The notes beneath the pieces were generated by a model. That model searched no databases. It was not told where the DNA came from and saw only the letters and a program-made list of their open reading frames with translations. From assembly GCF_000315625.1 (NCBI RefSeq), contig NW_005434633.1, forward strand, positions 155,867 to 219,866: a stretch of DNA of 64,000 nt, read 5' to 3'. This DNA is from Guillardia theta CCMP2712. Lineage: Eukaryota > Protista > Cryptophyta. This document shows, piece by piece, positions 1 through 13,076 of the stretch. A program made the position numbers and the translations under genes. Position 1 is the stretch's first letter. Each line of letters opens with the position of its first letter.

Positions 1-164
1 GTAGGTGGTGGTGGTGGTGGTGGTGGTACGTGTCTTTTGTTGTTGTTGTTGTTGGTGTGGTGGTGGTGCTGCTGCTAGTGGTGGTGGTGGTGGTGGTGGT
101 GGTGCTGCTGCTGCTGCTGCTGCTGCTGATGGTATTCTTCTTCTGGTGATATCTTGTCCTGCAG

Positions 165-724
165 TGCAACTTGCTACAGTCAGCAAAGAAGGGCATGCCA
201 AAGTTCGCACTGTCGTTTTCCGAGGATGGAGCGATCTGGACCTTTCGAGTTCTGAGGCGTCGGAGCAGAACGCCAGCGAGACTGCCTTGTATCAACCAAC
301 CAGCTTCAAGTTCATCACCGATTTGCGCTCTGAGAAGATGTCACACGGCAATATCGTCGAGGTCTGCTGGTACTTGACAGAGACTCGAGAGCAGTTCAGG
401 ATAGCAGGTAACCTTATGTACATCACCAAGGACGCCAAGGAGGAGAAGTTTGTGAATGAGAGGATTTCAACGTGGAAGACTGTCTCCGAAGCATCTCAAC
501 GGTCCTACTTCTCGCCTGCCCCTGGACAAATCGTCGATCAGACACCTCTGGTGGAGCCGGCTGCTGGGGCCCTGGGTAACCAATCTTTTCCTCCAGATTC
601 TTTCGTGGTCGGGCTAGTCGATCCTTTCAAGATAGACTACTTGCACCTCCGCAGCCCCCAGGTGAGAAAGATTTGGACGAAGAAAGAGCAAGGAGAGTGG
701 GAGGGGCAAAATGTCAACCCTTAG
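165..724 (+). CDS. Pyridoxamine 5'-phosphate oxidase-like FMN-binding protein, last exon (5' part lies outside the window)
   Basis: VQLATV...VRTVVFRGW, FITDLRSEK, EVCWYLTETREQFRIAG and IDYLHL match the PNPOx-like split-barrel family. Bases 1-164 are a (GGT/GCT)n intron ending in cctgcag. Confidence 0.8.
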
Positions 725-892
725 ATGTTGATACTTGATTGGTATCAATGAAGTTTGATTCCTCCCCGCCTTTCTTCTTCATTCAGACATGTATGGGAGC
801 TAATCTCTGTCTTTCACATGACCGTGACACGCTATCACAAGACATGTCAAGGTAGTCAATGGAATCGAATAGTTTACAAACCCACAACTCAT

Positions 893-1757
893 CTACAACG
901 AAACTTTCTCGGTCTGCTTGATAAGGATCTTCATGAACTGCTCCTCGTTGATCTCAAACGCGTCCTCCCCTCCCGGCTTCACCCCAGCCGCCTCGTTCAT
1001 CATCTCCTGCAACGCCTCCTCCGACGCATTTTCTCCGATGAGCTCGGTAATCTCAGCAAGATTCTCCAGGGTTATGCTCCCTGCCCCCTCCATGTCGTAC
1101 AGCTTGAAGGCGGTGCTCAAGAGCTCTGGAGGATCCGTCTCACCCTGCAGCCTTGCAGTCAACCCTCTGCTCCAGCGACAACAAGCGCAGCACTCACCCA
1201 TTTCGCTCTGAATATCTCGACGAACTGCTGTTTCGATATCGAGCCCGTGTTCTCCTTATCGTAGTCCGACATCAGCTTCTTGACCTCGTCCTTTCTTGGT
1301 TCGAATCCCAGGGCTCGGAGTGCAACCAGCAGGTCACCAGCATCAATAGATCCTGTCAAACACCCAGAATTACTACAAATAGGAAGAGTAGAAATGTGAC
1401 ATATTCAACTTGCCAGGCATCTAAGAAGTTTCTCTCCTGTCCTGTCCTGCACCTCATCCCTACTCCCTTTCATCTTTTCGCTTCATCGTCTCCATCACAG
1501 TTCTGCTTCCTCGTCTATTCCCCATCTTCCCCATTCCCATCTCGTCCCGTCACACACATCTTCATTCTCCTCCACCTTCACTCATAGCATCCATCCTCCT
1601 CTCAACGAGACAGCGCATGAGCTTGCAGACCTGTTCCTTCAGTATCGAGGATGTCGAATGCTTCTTCAATCTCCTTCCTCTGCTGATCTGTCAGCGTGTC
1701 CCTCGGCGGCACCTTCGCTCGTCTCCCTTCCTCTTTTTTCGCTGCCACGGCTGCCAT
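893..1757 (-). CDS. CETN: Centrin (EF-hand protein), 3 exons
   Basis: Spliced: MAAVAAKK...LTDQQRKEIEEAFDILDTEGTG|SIDAGDLLVALRALGFEPRKDEVKKLM...|GETDPPELLSTAFKLYDMEGAGSITLENL...GENASEEALQEMMNEA. ALRALGFEP is a centrin signature, and the GT-AG junctions are in frame. Confidence 0.88.
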
Positions 1758-2555
1758 TTTCCCCTTCAGTTAGGACCACCCCTCGGACCCTACCCCTCCT
1801 TTTACCAATAATTACCCCATGAATATGGACCCCAAGCAATACACCCTACCCCTTCTTTCCAACTACCTACCCCACTATTTCCATGAATTCCACTATGTTT
1901 CACCCCCATATGTCATGACCCCACCCACAAATATTTGTACCCTCCCGCTCCATCACCGCGAATCCCTTCATCAGCCCATGGCATGCGCGCTGCGGCGAAC
2001 GGGAACGAGGGGGAATGGCGGGGGAGGATGGAGGAGGGACGAAGAAGGAGGGCAGAAATGTACTTCTTCCTTATCCTCTCCTCCCCTTCTTTCTCCTTAT
2101 CCTCTCCTCGCTTCTCGCTTCGCCTCTCCTTTCCTCTCCTCCCACCTCACCTCGCCTCTCCTTTCCTCATCTTCGTTCCTCATTATTCCCTTCCTCCTCC
2201 GCTCCTCCGCTCGCATGTTCATGTACTCCTCTTCTTCTTTAGTTGCAACGTATCCCTCGTTTCCTTCTTTTGCTTGTTTTCATCTCTGTCCATTTCAAGT
2301 CATTTATCCCCCCCACCCTCCCCTCCCCCTTCCTCATGAGTGTGTTTGTACTGGCTGTTGTACTGTAGGCTACTCAAGGGAGGGGGAGAGGCGGGATGTG
2401 AGAAAACGAATGAGAAAATTATCGATTCCAACTTGTCATTCACTCTTCATAAGAGCAGGTTGGTTGAATTCAGGAGCAGAAGGATTCAAGAATCTCAGAT
2501 CGCGGATCCAAACATGTTCCCTTGACATTGAAGCTCTGCCCTAGTTCTCTCAAGC

Positions 2556-4685
2556 ATGCCGCCACCTCCCAACAACCAGATGCCTGGTATGCCGCCTATG
2601 CCGCCTATGCCGGGCATGCCTGGTATGCCAGGTATGCCGCCTATGCACGGCATGCCGCCTATGCCTGGAATGCCTCCCATGCCCAGTCCGGAAGTGATGC
2701 AGCAGTACCTGCAGCAGGCTGGAATGCCGCCGCCAGAAGTTTTCATGCAGGTGAGGAGCGCAGACAAGTTCTGTCTTGATGAGAGCTTGTGCCGAGTTGT
2801 AACTTGTGTGCGATGCGATCCCTTACCTTCTCCTTCAACAGATGATGCGATCGGGTCAAATGCCTTTCAACCCTGCTGCTCCTCCAGGCTCGCGACCACC
2901 CAACATGCCGCCCCAAGGGCCGCACGCTACTGACAGGGGCAGTGACCAGTCTCAAGATTATTCAGCAGGACAGAAACGACCTCTGTCAGACATTTCCAAT
3001 GAGCAACCTGTGCTGGTGCCGGGGACCTTGCTGGAGAACGAATCGTCCAAGATTGACATCAAGGAAGATGGGTTTTATGCTGGGCCGTACAAGCAGGAGA
3101 GAAACTTGATTTTCGACGTGGAGAAGTACATCGAGGAGAATGAGATGAAGGAGGAACTGACTGTCGGCGATCGTACTGGAAAGCCGCAGATCTGCCCGTG
3201 GTATAAGGCTCATTGCTTGTCGGTGGGGGTTAGCTGACTCCTAACTCCTCCAGGCATGCGAGGGGCGCTTGCAAGACAGGATTCAAGTGCCCGATGAGAC
3301 ATCAGCGAGTGAAGAGAACGGACGTGTGCAAACATTGGTTGCGAAGTCAGTGCAAGAAAGGCGATCAGTGTGAATACCTTCATCAATACGACATGACCCG
3401 CATGCCCCTCTGCCATTTCTTCGCTGACGGGCAGTGTACCAAGGACGACTGTCAGTTCTTGCACATCCGCCCTGAGGACAAGGTGGTTGAATGTCCCTGG
3501 TACGCCCGTGGCTTCTGTAAGCATGGACCGAAATGTCGCAAGAAGCACGCAAGAAAGGAGCTCTGCGGGAGCTACATGGCAGGTTTCTGCCCCAAGGGAC
3601 CAGGTCTGTCGGTGCTGACTGTAAGTGAGGTGGAGACTCTGACTTGTTGCCTTCAGACTGTCCCCTGGGGCACCCCAAGTGGGACCTGCCGACGGAGCAG
3701 GTTCAGGATGGAGATAATCAGGATTCGAACGCCATCGTCACTTCGATCAGATGTCACAACTGCAACGAGATGGGTCACAAGGCTTCTCAGTGCCGATACC
3801 TCGGAAACAATGTGATGGGTCAAAGTCGTCCACCAGAGCAGGGAGAGCAGCAGCAGTTCGTTGGGAAGGTGACTGCGGTGAAGGAGGGTTTCTGCTTCAT
3901 GGAGTCGAAGCCCGGCGAGAGGTTGCTGATTGTTATGGAGGAGGAGAGGAGATCTTGGATCTGTTGGGTGATGTTTACGGAGATAACGATAATAATGATG
4001 ACGACGATATCGATAACGATGACGATGATGATGGTGGTGGTGGTGGTGGTGGTGGTGATGATGATGATGATGATGATGATTACGATGAAGATAATTGCGG
4101 TGACGGGGGTTGACACACTGCTAACGATCAATATGATGATTGTACTTTGATTGCCTTTGTGACTGTTGAGCAGCAACGTTTACATCCCGGCTCAAGTTGC
4201 TGATCCTCAATACATCCGCATGGGAGACATCCTCTGCGTGAAGGCTCACTGGAACCAGCGCAACAGCAACTGGCGTGCGTTCGGCGAGTGCACTAAGGAC
4301 GGGAACGTCGTGCCTGCAAGGGACGGAGGAGGAGGAGGGGGAGGAGGAGGAGGAGGCGGCGGCGGCGGAGGAGGAGGAGGTTTGCATAATCTTGCTCTTG
4401 CCTTGGATGCATACTGACGGTGCCGGAGCAGGAGGAATGATGGCTGCCAGCCCCATGCAGAACGCCGCGAACCCAGGTGGACAAGGTGGGCAGAACTCCG
4501 CAAACAAACCCGGCAGCTGGATGTCGAACTACAAGACTAAGATCTGCAAGAACTGGCAGCAAGGATCTTGCGCCTACGACGCCAAGTGTACCTTCGCTCA
4601 TGGCGAGGCGGAGTTGCTCCAGTACACGGGTGGAGGGCAAGCAGCCGGAGGGATGAACATGGCGAACGCGCAGAGGTTCTGGTAG
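2556..4685 (+). CDS. CPSF4: CPSF30/Yth1-like polyadenylation factor: Pro/Met-rich N-terminus, 5 CCCH fingers, CCHC knuckle, extra OB-like segment and C-terminal CCCH finger (multi-exon)
   Basis: Contains VCKHWLRSQCKKGDQCEYLHQYDMTRMPLCHFF, ECPWYARGFCKHGPKCRKKH, CGSYMAGFCPKGP|DCPLGHPKW, CHNCNEMGHKASQC and YKTKICKNWQQGSCAYDAKCTFAHG. Confidence 0.88.
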
Positions 4686-5162
4686 GGGCGATGAGCGAGA
4701 GGAGGAGCAGAAGGGAGGAGGAGCAGCAGCAGCAGCAGAAGGGAGGAGGAGGAGGAGAAGAGCGGAAAGATGGGAGAGGGGACTGAGAGGCGAAAGGTTT
4801 CCTTCAGGGCATATCCTCCAATGAAGACCGCAAAAGTTGGGATAAGAAAAAAAATAGGAAGGCCCGGGCCGAGGGAAAGGACACACTGAAGTTTTAGCAG
4901 TTGTAATCACACTTTCTAATATCGGAACAAGGCTTCAGTGAAGACACCCTTAACGGTCCGTTTCCCTCTCTCCGCCCAGCTATGTACCAGCACATGGGTC
5001 CAGCGCTGCTGCAGCGATCTCCACCGCCCCCCCTCCTCCTTCCCTGCAGGCGATGAATGTCTGCGGATTAATTACCTGTTGAGGAGTGTAAGGGAGTTGC
5101 GCAATCATTGAAACTTGACTCACAAGTTTTCTTTCTTCCCTCTCCTACCCACTGCGATGGTT

Positions 5163-7060
5163 TTAGATGGAGACGGCCGCTCTCAAGACCTTGTGCCATG
5201 CGTCCATGTGGAAGGCCTGATAACAGATTTGAGATCAACGAGATATGACGAGAAAGTTGAGCAGCAGATTAGAGTTGATGCAAAGAGAGATGAAGAGAGG
5301 GAGAGGGAGAGGGAACAGAATAGGAGGGGAAATAGGGAGAGGGAGAGGAAGGAGAAGGCAGGGAGGGAGGGAGGGAGAAAATAATAGTGCTCGTGGCACT
5401 GGTGAAAAATGTTGATATGAGGACAGACATGGTAAAAGAGAAAAACGCGCAGGAGAGAAGATTGAGGATTTCCTCACCGTGAGCATGTTGTTTGCCACGT
5501 AAGTGATCATGCCGAAGTCATAGCGAACCGACCAAACCACGCAGTCCCCGAGGGAGTCGTAGTAGCATCGACCCCCAGGGGGGAGCGATGAGTACTTGCA
5601 GCCGTAGATGAGGCCATCCTGATGAGCGAGGTGAGAAGGAGAGCGGAGTACAAGGAGGGAAGAGATAGAAGGCGAGGGAGGGGGTAAACCGAGAGGGAAA
5701 GAGGAGACATCGGCTGGGAGGAAAGAGGGAGAGGATCAAAGAAGGGAGCAGGCAGTTGTGATGAATTGAGGTGATGACGATGCCAAGAAGAGAAGACGCG
5801 AAGGTTGGCAGGTCAAGAGGCGAGAGAGGAGCGAGAGAGGAAGCGCGGGAGTTGCAACACCTCTCCAAGTCGGCTGGGAAGAAATTCAAAGATAGTTCCC
5901 TTAGCATATCGCTCGTTCTGTCAAAATCCACGTCACCAACTGAAATGGGTTCAGTGCATGATCCTACCCGGTAGAAAGGCCCCTCCTGATAGACCTCGGC
6001 CTGCAATCGGAATCCAAAGATCTACACCGAATGTCTTATGAAGCGCAGGGGCAGCATGCAATAGAGGCAACACAGGACAGCGCAGGTCTTGGGAGTCTGG
6101 GAGAAAGGAGCGAGCAAGAGCGAAGGGTGAGGGGAAGGAGACAGGGAGTGGGAAGGGAGAAGGCGGATGATTGAGTGGTGAAGGAGGAGGAGAATCTCGA
6201 ATCAAAGTTCACACGGAGACATCACGAGTGGAACCTCATTCATCAACCCAATGCTGGCGAAGCCACCCAAGAACACGATGTTGTTACCCGTGGACACGTA
6301 GCTGAGGCAAGGACGTTAGATGACAGCAAGACCGTGAGCACACAAGTGACAACATCAGCAAAGGCACAACTTTCAAGCTCTCCTCAGAGAGACGGAGCGT
6401 AACAGACATGTTCGAAACTCACGATCTCAAATCAGTCTTGGCGATCTCGTGGACGTCGGGGTATTCCGTGAAGGGAGGGAATATGATGACGTGGGTACTC
6501 TTGTCCCAGCACACCGCACGGACCTGCACCATGGACCCCATCAGCTGTTCTCATCCCCCGCTGCTTCAAACTCACAGGAGCTGGGCGGATCGATTCGAAG
6601 GTCATGACCTCAGTCTGCGGTACAGCAACGTGAGACAGGCTCGCGGCTGGTCAGGAGACGGAAACCTCGTAATGTCCCTTCCTTAAGACGGACTTCAGGT
6701 CCCCGATCTCTTTCCCCCTCCCGTACAGGTACGTTTCTCTTCCAGCATACAACCAGACCCTGCCGATCGTCACCGACAGTCGCACCAACAACTGTCTGGT
6801 ATGCACACCTGTCTGGGTAGAAACCGAAGTCTTCACTCCTCAACTTCTTCCACACAGCCTTGAGCTCTGTTGTCTTCTGTTGAGGTGTGTACGTTGCCTG
6901 AAGAGCATATGAGCTTGTGAACTTCGCAACCTCCGACCCTCACCACCATCGCGGTCTGCTGCTCCAGTTCATTGCTGCTCTTCTCCTTGGTAATGCTGAA
7001 TACGGCCAACGCGAAGGCGCACAAGCCAACCAGAAGCAACGCTAAGCTCCTTCCGCTCTG
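5163..7060 (-). CDS. Hypothetical multi-exon protein with an N-terminal hydrophobic/TM segment (first exon not resolved)
   Basis: Exon chain with GT-AG boundaries: LALLLVGLCAFALAVFSITKEKSSNELEQQ ... WDKSTHVIIFPPFTEYPDVHEIAK ... SYVSTGNNIVFLGGFASIG ... CYYDSLGDCVVWSVRYDFGMITYVANNML ... AFHMDAWHKVLRAAVSI*. Confidence 0.55.
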
Positions 7061-7624
7061 ATTGCACGCACCATGTCAGTCCAATAGCAAGCACACTAGA
7101 CGTAGCAGCCTCTCTCTAATCAACGCATACACTATCCTCTCCTGAACATCACTCTTGTCACAACCACACGCCCTCAACTTCTTTGCTCGTGCTTCTGCTT
7201 ACACATTGCTTGCTGTGTTCAAGAACTAAGTCATGCTTCCTTGTCTCGGACATGTCATCCTTGGTTTCCGGTCTCTAACTCTCCAAGCTCCACCCCAGTT
7301 CTATGCTCCCCTTGTTCGGCTTGTCTGGCTTGCAACAGGTCGAATGATTGAAGTTGCCTCAGGCATGGCATCGCATCCTCATGAAACATACATCTACTTC
7401 TATCTATCTTCATCTCCTCTTCCTCCCTCCTCTCCCTCCCCATCCCGCCCCCCTCCTCCTTGCCATCCATGTGCTCACCATGCTGCCGTCGGCGAAGGGT
7501 CGTCTATCCCACCGTTACGATCGTTACATTTCCTCCAGAATCGAGACCTGACCGTTACAGAAGTGGAGTTCTACCGTTACAATTACCGTTCTATACCGTT
7601 ATTTGTGAAGGGCCACACGCCATC

Positions 7625-9850
7625 ATGGCGTCTTGGGGGGGGAAGACGGCGGTGGCGGCGAAAGTGAAGAAGATGGCAGAGGAGGTGACAAGGGACAGGA
7701 GAGCGATCGCGATCATGACGATGACAGCGATGATGCTTGTTCTCTCGACTTTGATATTCTTTGCTGGGTTTGACACGCTGCACTCTGTGGTGGAAGTACA
7801 GCAAGGGGGTAGGGGGAGCGGAGGAGGGTTCAACTGGCGGGCATGGAGAGCTCAGCAGCGGAGGCTGATGAGGCGTTTGGATGAAGTTGAGAAGGGGGTG
7901 GATGCGAACAGCGAGGATGATTCGAAGTCAAGAGACATAAAGTCCGTCCTCTCCAGTCTCAAGGACACACTAAGGCCACATCCTATGCCCCACTTGAACA
8001 CAGTCCCCATGGATCAGGAACTTGCTATCCTCAAGGTCCACAAGCAGATGAGGACAGAGAAGAAGTTTCCCAAGGACAGAATAGAAGGAGCAGGCGACGT
8101 GACGGGCATCGTTGCTGAGCAGGACCGGGCGGACGAAAGGAATGCGCTCATGGAAGGGGATGACGCGGGTCCAGACACCAAGACCAAGCATCTCTTCGAG
8201 AACTGCGAGGATGGTAGCTTGACAGTGGAGGATGCAGAGCTTTGCTCGAGGAAGGCGCTTGCGATCAAGATGCTCACGCATGCCGCCGTCCAGTCGCAGC
8301 TGTCGAACACTGGAATGTCGCCGATGGGCTCCAAGTCGGAGCCATCACTGCAGACGATGGATCTGATGAACGATGCCACCAGTGAGCTCATCAAGGACGC
8401 GATCGTCGGGAAGGAATACCTTGACTTCTTGCATGGAGCGCCGGCAAGAGCTAAAGGCGGAGCAAGGAAGCATCTCAAGAAAGCTTCTCACTCTGCCCAG
8501 AGCCCATCGGAGGAGAAGGACGAGGCTTCAAGCAAGACGTCTGTGCGTCGTCATGTGACCAAGAGCGATGCCTTGCCGAAAGCCGAGCCTGCGCATCCCT
8601 CTGCGCCTTCAGCTCACGATGCTTCGGGTAGAACTCAGTCAGCCCCTTCGTCGCCCTCAGTCGATGACTCGGAGAAGGGCGAAGCCAAGAAGACTGCAAG
8701 AGATTCTGCTGAGCATCACGACCTTAGCGCCAAGAAGATGTCCTTGCACGGTGATCTTCCTGTCTTGGCGAAGATTGCCGATGCTGCCAAGATGGCCTCG
8801 AAGCACTCAGATGCAAGCAAGACCTCAACGCCAACAGTGGACTCCAAGGTTCGCCTGGAGGACCTTGAGAGTCAGATCTCAAGTGAGGAAGACAAGCTTG
8901 CTAAGGAGAAGATGGAGTTCACCAAGGCGATGCTGAAGCGGCAGATCCAACTGCAGAAGGAATTCTCCAAGAGCATGAAACAGATCCATGAAGGTCTTGA
9001 CCTGGTGGACGACTTCGGGGGTGCCAAGTCTTCTGTTCTGATCCCGCCAGAGCCGACCTTGTATGGCAGCAACAGTCTCCAGGTAGGTGCAACGGCTAAG
9101 AACGCCGCGAACCCGTCGATAGCAGCGGTGATGAATGCAATCAAGCAATCTTCGCTCTTCTCAGTTCCAAAAGTCAAGGATAACCAAGGAAAAGGGCATC
9201 ACGTCTCCTTTGAGGATAAGGAGAAGCAGGTGTTGAAGGACGCCTTGGATCGGCAGTTCGATGAAGTCGCTTCTGACGGCTCGGCGAGTGACAAAGTGCG
9301 GGAGAACCACTGGCAGTCTCCGAGCTTCTCGGAGTTAGAGCCTAAGGAAGATATTCCATTCCATGCACACAAGTCCAAGAAAGCGAAGCTGAACCAGCAG
9401 AAGCTGCGGCTTCTCTCCAGCACGGTGGCCCCAGGTTCGTCACAGACACACGTGGGGCCGGCCACGTACCGAGATCTCTCGACCAAGGCCACGAAGTATC
9501 TCGACGAGGCGCTGAGCGATGGATCGCCGACTTTGAGTAAGGCTACGAAAGACGCCATGCTCGCAGACGAGAAGAGAGGGGGAGCGACGGTGAGTAGCGG
9601 CATGAGCCAGAGAGATGAGGACTGACGTGTTGTGCTGCAGGCCGAGCTGAACGATGCAGAGGAAGTCCTGTGCACGGTAGCGAGGCTGAAGAAGGGACTG
9701 TGCTCACATCGGGTGGGAGGCAGGAGAATGCAAGGAAGGGGGTTGAGGGAGAGGAATGTGGTCAGGGCGTCGCCGTCTGTCGCTACTCTGGCTGGGGACG
9801 TTGCGGGGAACATCGAGAAATTCTTTCACAAGAACGGAATGACAAACTAA
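7625..9850 (+). CDS. Hypothetical protein with a single N-terminal TM helix, coiled coils and a low-complexity Ser/Lys/Ala region
   Basis: Long open frame from ATG 7625. Hydrophobic AIAIMTMTAMMLVLSTLIFFAG. Short 3' introns (gtgagt near 9590) lead to a stop at 9850. Confidence 0.65.
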
Positions 9851-11647
9851 ACGTGTAGAAAATAAACGGAGAAACCAAACAGCAGGGGTGCTTTTAGGAT
9901 TGAGCAAGTGTTGTAGGCAGGGCAGATTGTCTTAAAGGAGGAGGATGCGGAGCGGGGATAGAGGCGGGTACATTGAAGAATATCACAAACATTGCAAGCT
10001 TGTCACACAGCAAGCTCTTGTCAAACAGCAAGTTTTTGTCAAAACAGAACAGATTTATGTAAAGAATACATGAGCGTAAGGGAACCGAGAGACTAACAAG
10101 CAGATCCTTTCTCACACCCCTCAAGGTCGGGTACGATGATCGCGCAGGGCGAGCGAAACATTTCAAGATTTGCCTTGTCACTTACCAGACAGGATTTCCT
10201 GTTGTCAAGAAAAGAAAGAGTTAGAGTGTGAAACAACAGAAGGGATTCAACGGGCCTCACCTTGCAGTCTGGTGTTGCTCGTGGAGTTCCTTGCAAAGGT
10301 GATGGTGGAGGTGCAAGGGTCCCAGAGGTCACATGCTCGCATGTTGTAATTGTTCATCTTGCCATCTCCGTAGAAGTTCGACGCCCAAGACTCAGGCTGT
10401 ACCACAACATTTCCGATCAGAGCATGTTCAAGAACAATGCCTCTTAGCAAACAGAGTATCGTCCATCTTCATCTTCTCTCTCGATCATATCAATTCACAT
10501 CAACATCGTCATCATCATAATCATACAGTTGATCGTCATATTGTTTTTTCTCCAACGAGCGTCATCATTATCAGTCTCAGGTATGAACACAACTCACCTG
10601 CATGTCGGTAAGATCAAGAGACTGCAATCTTCGGTTTGAGTTTAAATACTCAGAAATGCACTGAAACATCTGAAAGGCCGGGAGTCAGGAACTCGTTCGG
10701 AAAACAACAACTGGCAGCCTGTTGCTCCTTTAGCGACTAACAAAGACATCGGAAGGCGGGGGAGAGACGGCAGGGAGTAGGGAAGGGAGCGAGGAAACGA
10801 AATTGCATAGGGAGGATCAAAACTGTTGTGAAAGCAAATGAGGCAATGCTGATCGTGTACATGAGCTGAGCTCAGGCTGGATGGAAATGTGTGAATGAGC
10901 ATGAGGTGTCCAGTATGAGTTCGAGGGAATCTGCGAAATCCTACAATAAGGGCAGGGCACTCAACAGAAAGCAAATGGTATGTGTGAATGCAACAATGAT
11001 AGATGATTTGACGAAAATGACCAAAATTACTGCGCTACGACAGAGACATTTCATGAACAAGAGTTTCGCTATGAGAGTGTATGGTTGAATACGAACAAGG
11101 AACACAGTTTCAGATGCAGCAGCGAAAGTCACATAGGAACATGACTTGTCGATGGATAGTAACAATATGAAGCATTCACAACAAGAAGGAAAGCTTACGG
11201 AGGGATGGAGGGGGGAAGGAGAACAATGGTAACTCTTTGGAGGAGTGGGAGTCGAGGATGAACAAGGAGGATGACAGGTAAAAGGACACAGCCGTGATAG
11301 CGGGGGAGCACAGGAGAGGAGGATGCGATGACGTGATAGAGCATGAGAGGGCAGGGGAGCACAGGAGAGGAGGAGAGAGGGAGCGGGGGCGGGTGCATAG
11401 AGAGACATCACGGCAGGTTCCCCAAATAGAATGTAACGAACATGTAACGGAAATTGACAGTTCTGTAAAAGAAACAAAATGTTCCTTTTTTGGTTGAGTA
11501 AACATTTCTTCTTCTTCACGTGCGGTACAGGGGAAGGGAAGGGAAAGGAAGGGAAAGCACTGAACGTTACTAGCTCCTTGATCGTAGCCTCTTCTTAGCT
11601 TCTTCCTGTCTTCTCCTTCACCTCCACAAGTCCTTCTCATCGCCAGC

Positions 11648-12912
11648 ATGTCTTCCCTCGCAGGGCCGCTGAACGTGCGGCAAGTGGAACGGGCCGTGGA
11701 CGCTCTGTTCAACCACGTGCAGAAGAAATCCAAGTCTGGGGACAAGGAACAGCTCATTGACAGCAGCGATCCAGTCACTGTTGTTATTGGAATGAAGAAG
11801 ATTCCGAGAACCAATGGCAGAGTGAAGCCATACATGATGTGAGTGCTGTTGTAGCTTCGTTGCGCTATGATTGATAGTTGTGTCTGTTTCAGCAAGTTGA
11901 AACACTCCATGTATGAGGCGGGGAGCATAGAAACATGCTTGATCACAAGACCCCCGCAGAGGAAGTACAAGGATCTGCTCCAGAGTCTCAACATAGACTA
12001 CATATCGAAAGTGATTGATTTGAAGAAGCTATCCAGCAAGTATAAGCAGTACGAGGCGAAGCGACAGTTGTCAAGCTCCTTCGATGTCTTCTTTGCAGAC
12101 GAGAAGATCATTCCAAAGCTTCCTCACCTGCTGGGTAAGCGATTTTTGTGTGCCGACCAGGCGTGTGGGCCTGACCCGGGCTTCAGGAAAAGAATTCTTT
12201 CAGAAGAAAAAGATCCCCCTGACGGTCAAGCTGGGAAAGCAGAACCTCGGCGATCAGTTCAAGAGGCTTTTGAACTCATCTCCTTTCTTCCTCGTGAGCT
12301 TTTGTTCTCCTCCTCCCCCCCAACTCTTGTTTGTGACGCGTTTGTACAGGCTGAGGGCATGTGCTCGGTGCTCAAGGTAGGACATACGGGAATGGACCGA
12401 AAGCAGGTTGTAGACAACATCATCGTTGGCATGGACTCGGTTGCCAAGCTGCTGCCCAAGAACTGGGACTTTATCCAAGCCCTGAATATCAGGACCCACG
12501 ACTCGATCGCTCTCCCAATCTACAGCTCGCTCCCTGTGCGTGAAGATTGTGTTGCTGCTGTTTCAACGCCTGACTGCCACATCTGCAGACCGTGTCTACT
12601 ATCACTGCTGCGCCTGCGAAGAGCCCGAAGAAGAGGAAATCTCCTGGCAAGCGTGAGGATGAGAAGGATGAGAGACCTAAGAAGGTCAAGAAGGCGGCGG
12701 GGAAGGCGAAAGAGGAGGCTGCGGACGAGCCAGCAAAGGAGGAGGAGAAAAAGGAGGAGGAAATCACCGAAACACCGAGCGCGAAGAAAAGTGCGAAGAA
12801 AGCAGCAAAGCCCGAGGTCACGAAGACGCCGAAGAGCGTGCAGAAGAAGAAGATAAGCACACCAAAGAGCACAATGAAAGCTTCAGCCAAGAAAGTGAAA
12901 GCTGCAGCTTAA
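11648..12912 (+). CDS. RSL1D1: Ribosomal L1 domain-containing protein (RSL1D1/Cic1/Utp30 family) with a Lys-rich tail
   Basis: QVERAVDAL, ISKVIDLKKLSSKYKQYEAKRQLSSSFDVFFADEKIIPKLPHLLGK(E)FF, LKVGHTGM...VVDNI, LPKNWDFIQALNIRTHDSIALPIY; multi-exon. Confidence 0.88.
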
Positions 12913-13076
12913 GCCCGCATCAAAGATTTTTACAAACAAATCCTATCCCTCTTCAAAGGACATTTCTGCTGATTGTCTTGTTGATTTTGTAAAGTTCATA
13001 TTCAACGCTCACAGTATCGAGGGATCACAGTCCATGTGCTGTAGTTTTTCCAAGACGCTCGCGAGATATTTGACCT

